From Bdellovibrionales bacterium (GTDB taxonomy: Bacteria; Bdellovibrionota; Bdellovibrionia; Bdellovibrionales; UBA1609): a stretch of DNA of 64,000 bases. Position numbers and translations under genes: made by a program. How positions within the stretch are numbered: the stretch's first letter is position 1; every line of letters starts with the position of its first letter. Shown one piece after another: positions 63,999-64,000 of this stretch. The DNA is taken from positions 28,243 through 92,242 of the forward strand of contig JAHBUX010000008.1 in the NCBI GenBank assembly GCA_019637855.1, read 5' to 3'. A model generated the notes under the pieces. It ran no database searches. It saw only the letters and a list, made by a program, of their open reading frames with translations, and was not told where the DNA came from.

Positions 63999-64000
63999 GG

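Noticed and set aside
1-64000. Search for CRISPR arrays, rRNA, phage structural genes and known defence modules (restriction-modification, toxin-antitoxin pairs, CBASS- or retron-like genes)
   Set aside because: I recognised nothing of this kind on either strand. The unknown proteins in 31-43 kb all carry export signals, which argues against cytoplasmic defence systems.

Overview
This 64-kb chromosomal segment comes from a Gram-negative bacterium rich in sigma-54 regulators. The gene content and the pilB-pilT-pilC-pilS-pilR order resemble delta-proteobacterial or Bdellovibrionota-type genomes, but the taxon cannot be proven from this window.

Left third (1-24 kb):
- A lipid A / LPS-core block: fabZ(partial)-lpxA-Gfo/Idh/MocA-lpxB-lpxK-LpxL-like, a DUF3108 lipoprotein and two GT9 heptosyltransferase-like genes.
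- A divergent lipid-modification module: two overlapping hot-dog dehydratase genes facing a GT2-DUF2062-acyltransferase fusion.
- A CHASE2 kinase with an NtrC-type regulator, then ribF and a degenerate AroE-like gene.
- The type IV pilus motor and regulator genes pilBTCSR. No pilin gene follows them.

Middle (24-43 kb):
- A two-gene ergothioneine set (egtB-egtD).
- A tightly packed minus-strand operon headed by a CHASE hybrid kinase.
- About 11 kb of secreted proteins and lipoproteins with no family I can recognise. This stretch contains a three-gene translationally coupled operon behind a good sigma-54 promoter match. It also contains a tandemly duplicated lipoprotein module with a Gly-rich QP repeat linker and an EF-hand-like C-terminal domain; the duplication carries its own leader and 3' hairpin.
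- I consider this block the best candidate for an undescribed system.

Right third (43-64 kb):
- An S9 peptidase.
- A visibly AT-richer block (small PAS-like gene, porin, kdpFABCDE) that abuts the 3' end of tRNA-Arg(UCU) and carries a striking KdpE-type operator candidate.
- korAB.
- PlsC-like and divergent CdsA-like genes co-oriented with a third sigma-54 activator.
- serA, an IS1/IS1595-like single-ORF element, and a 5'-truncated FAD-linked oxidase.

I saw no rRNA, CRISPR array, integrase, phage genes or recognisable defence genes. All functional calls rest on motifs I read in the translations. No database search was run.
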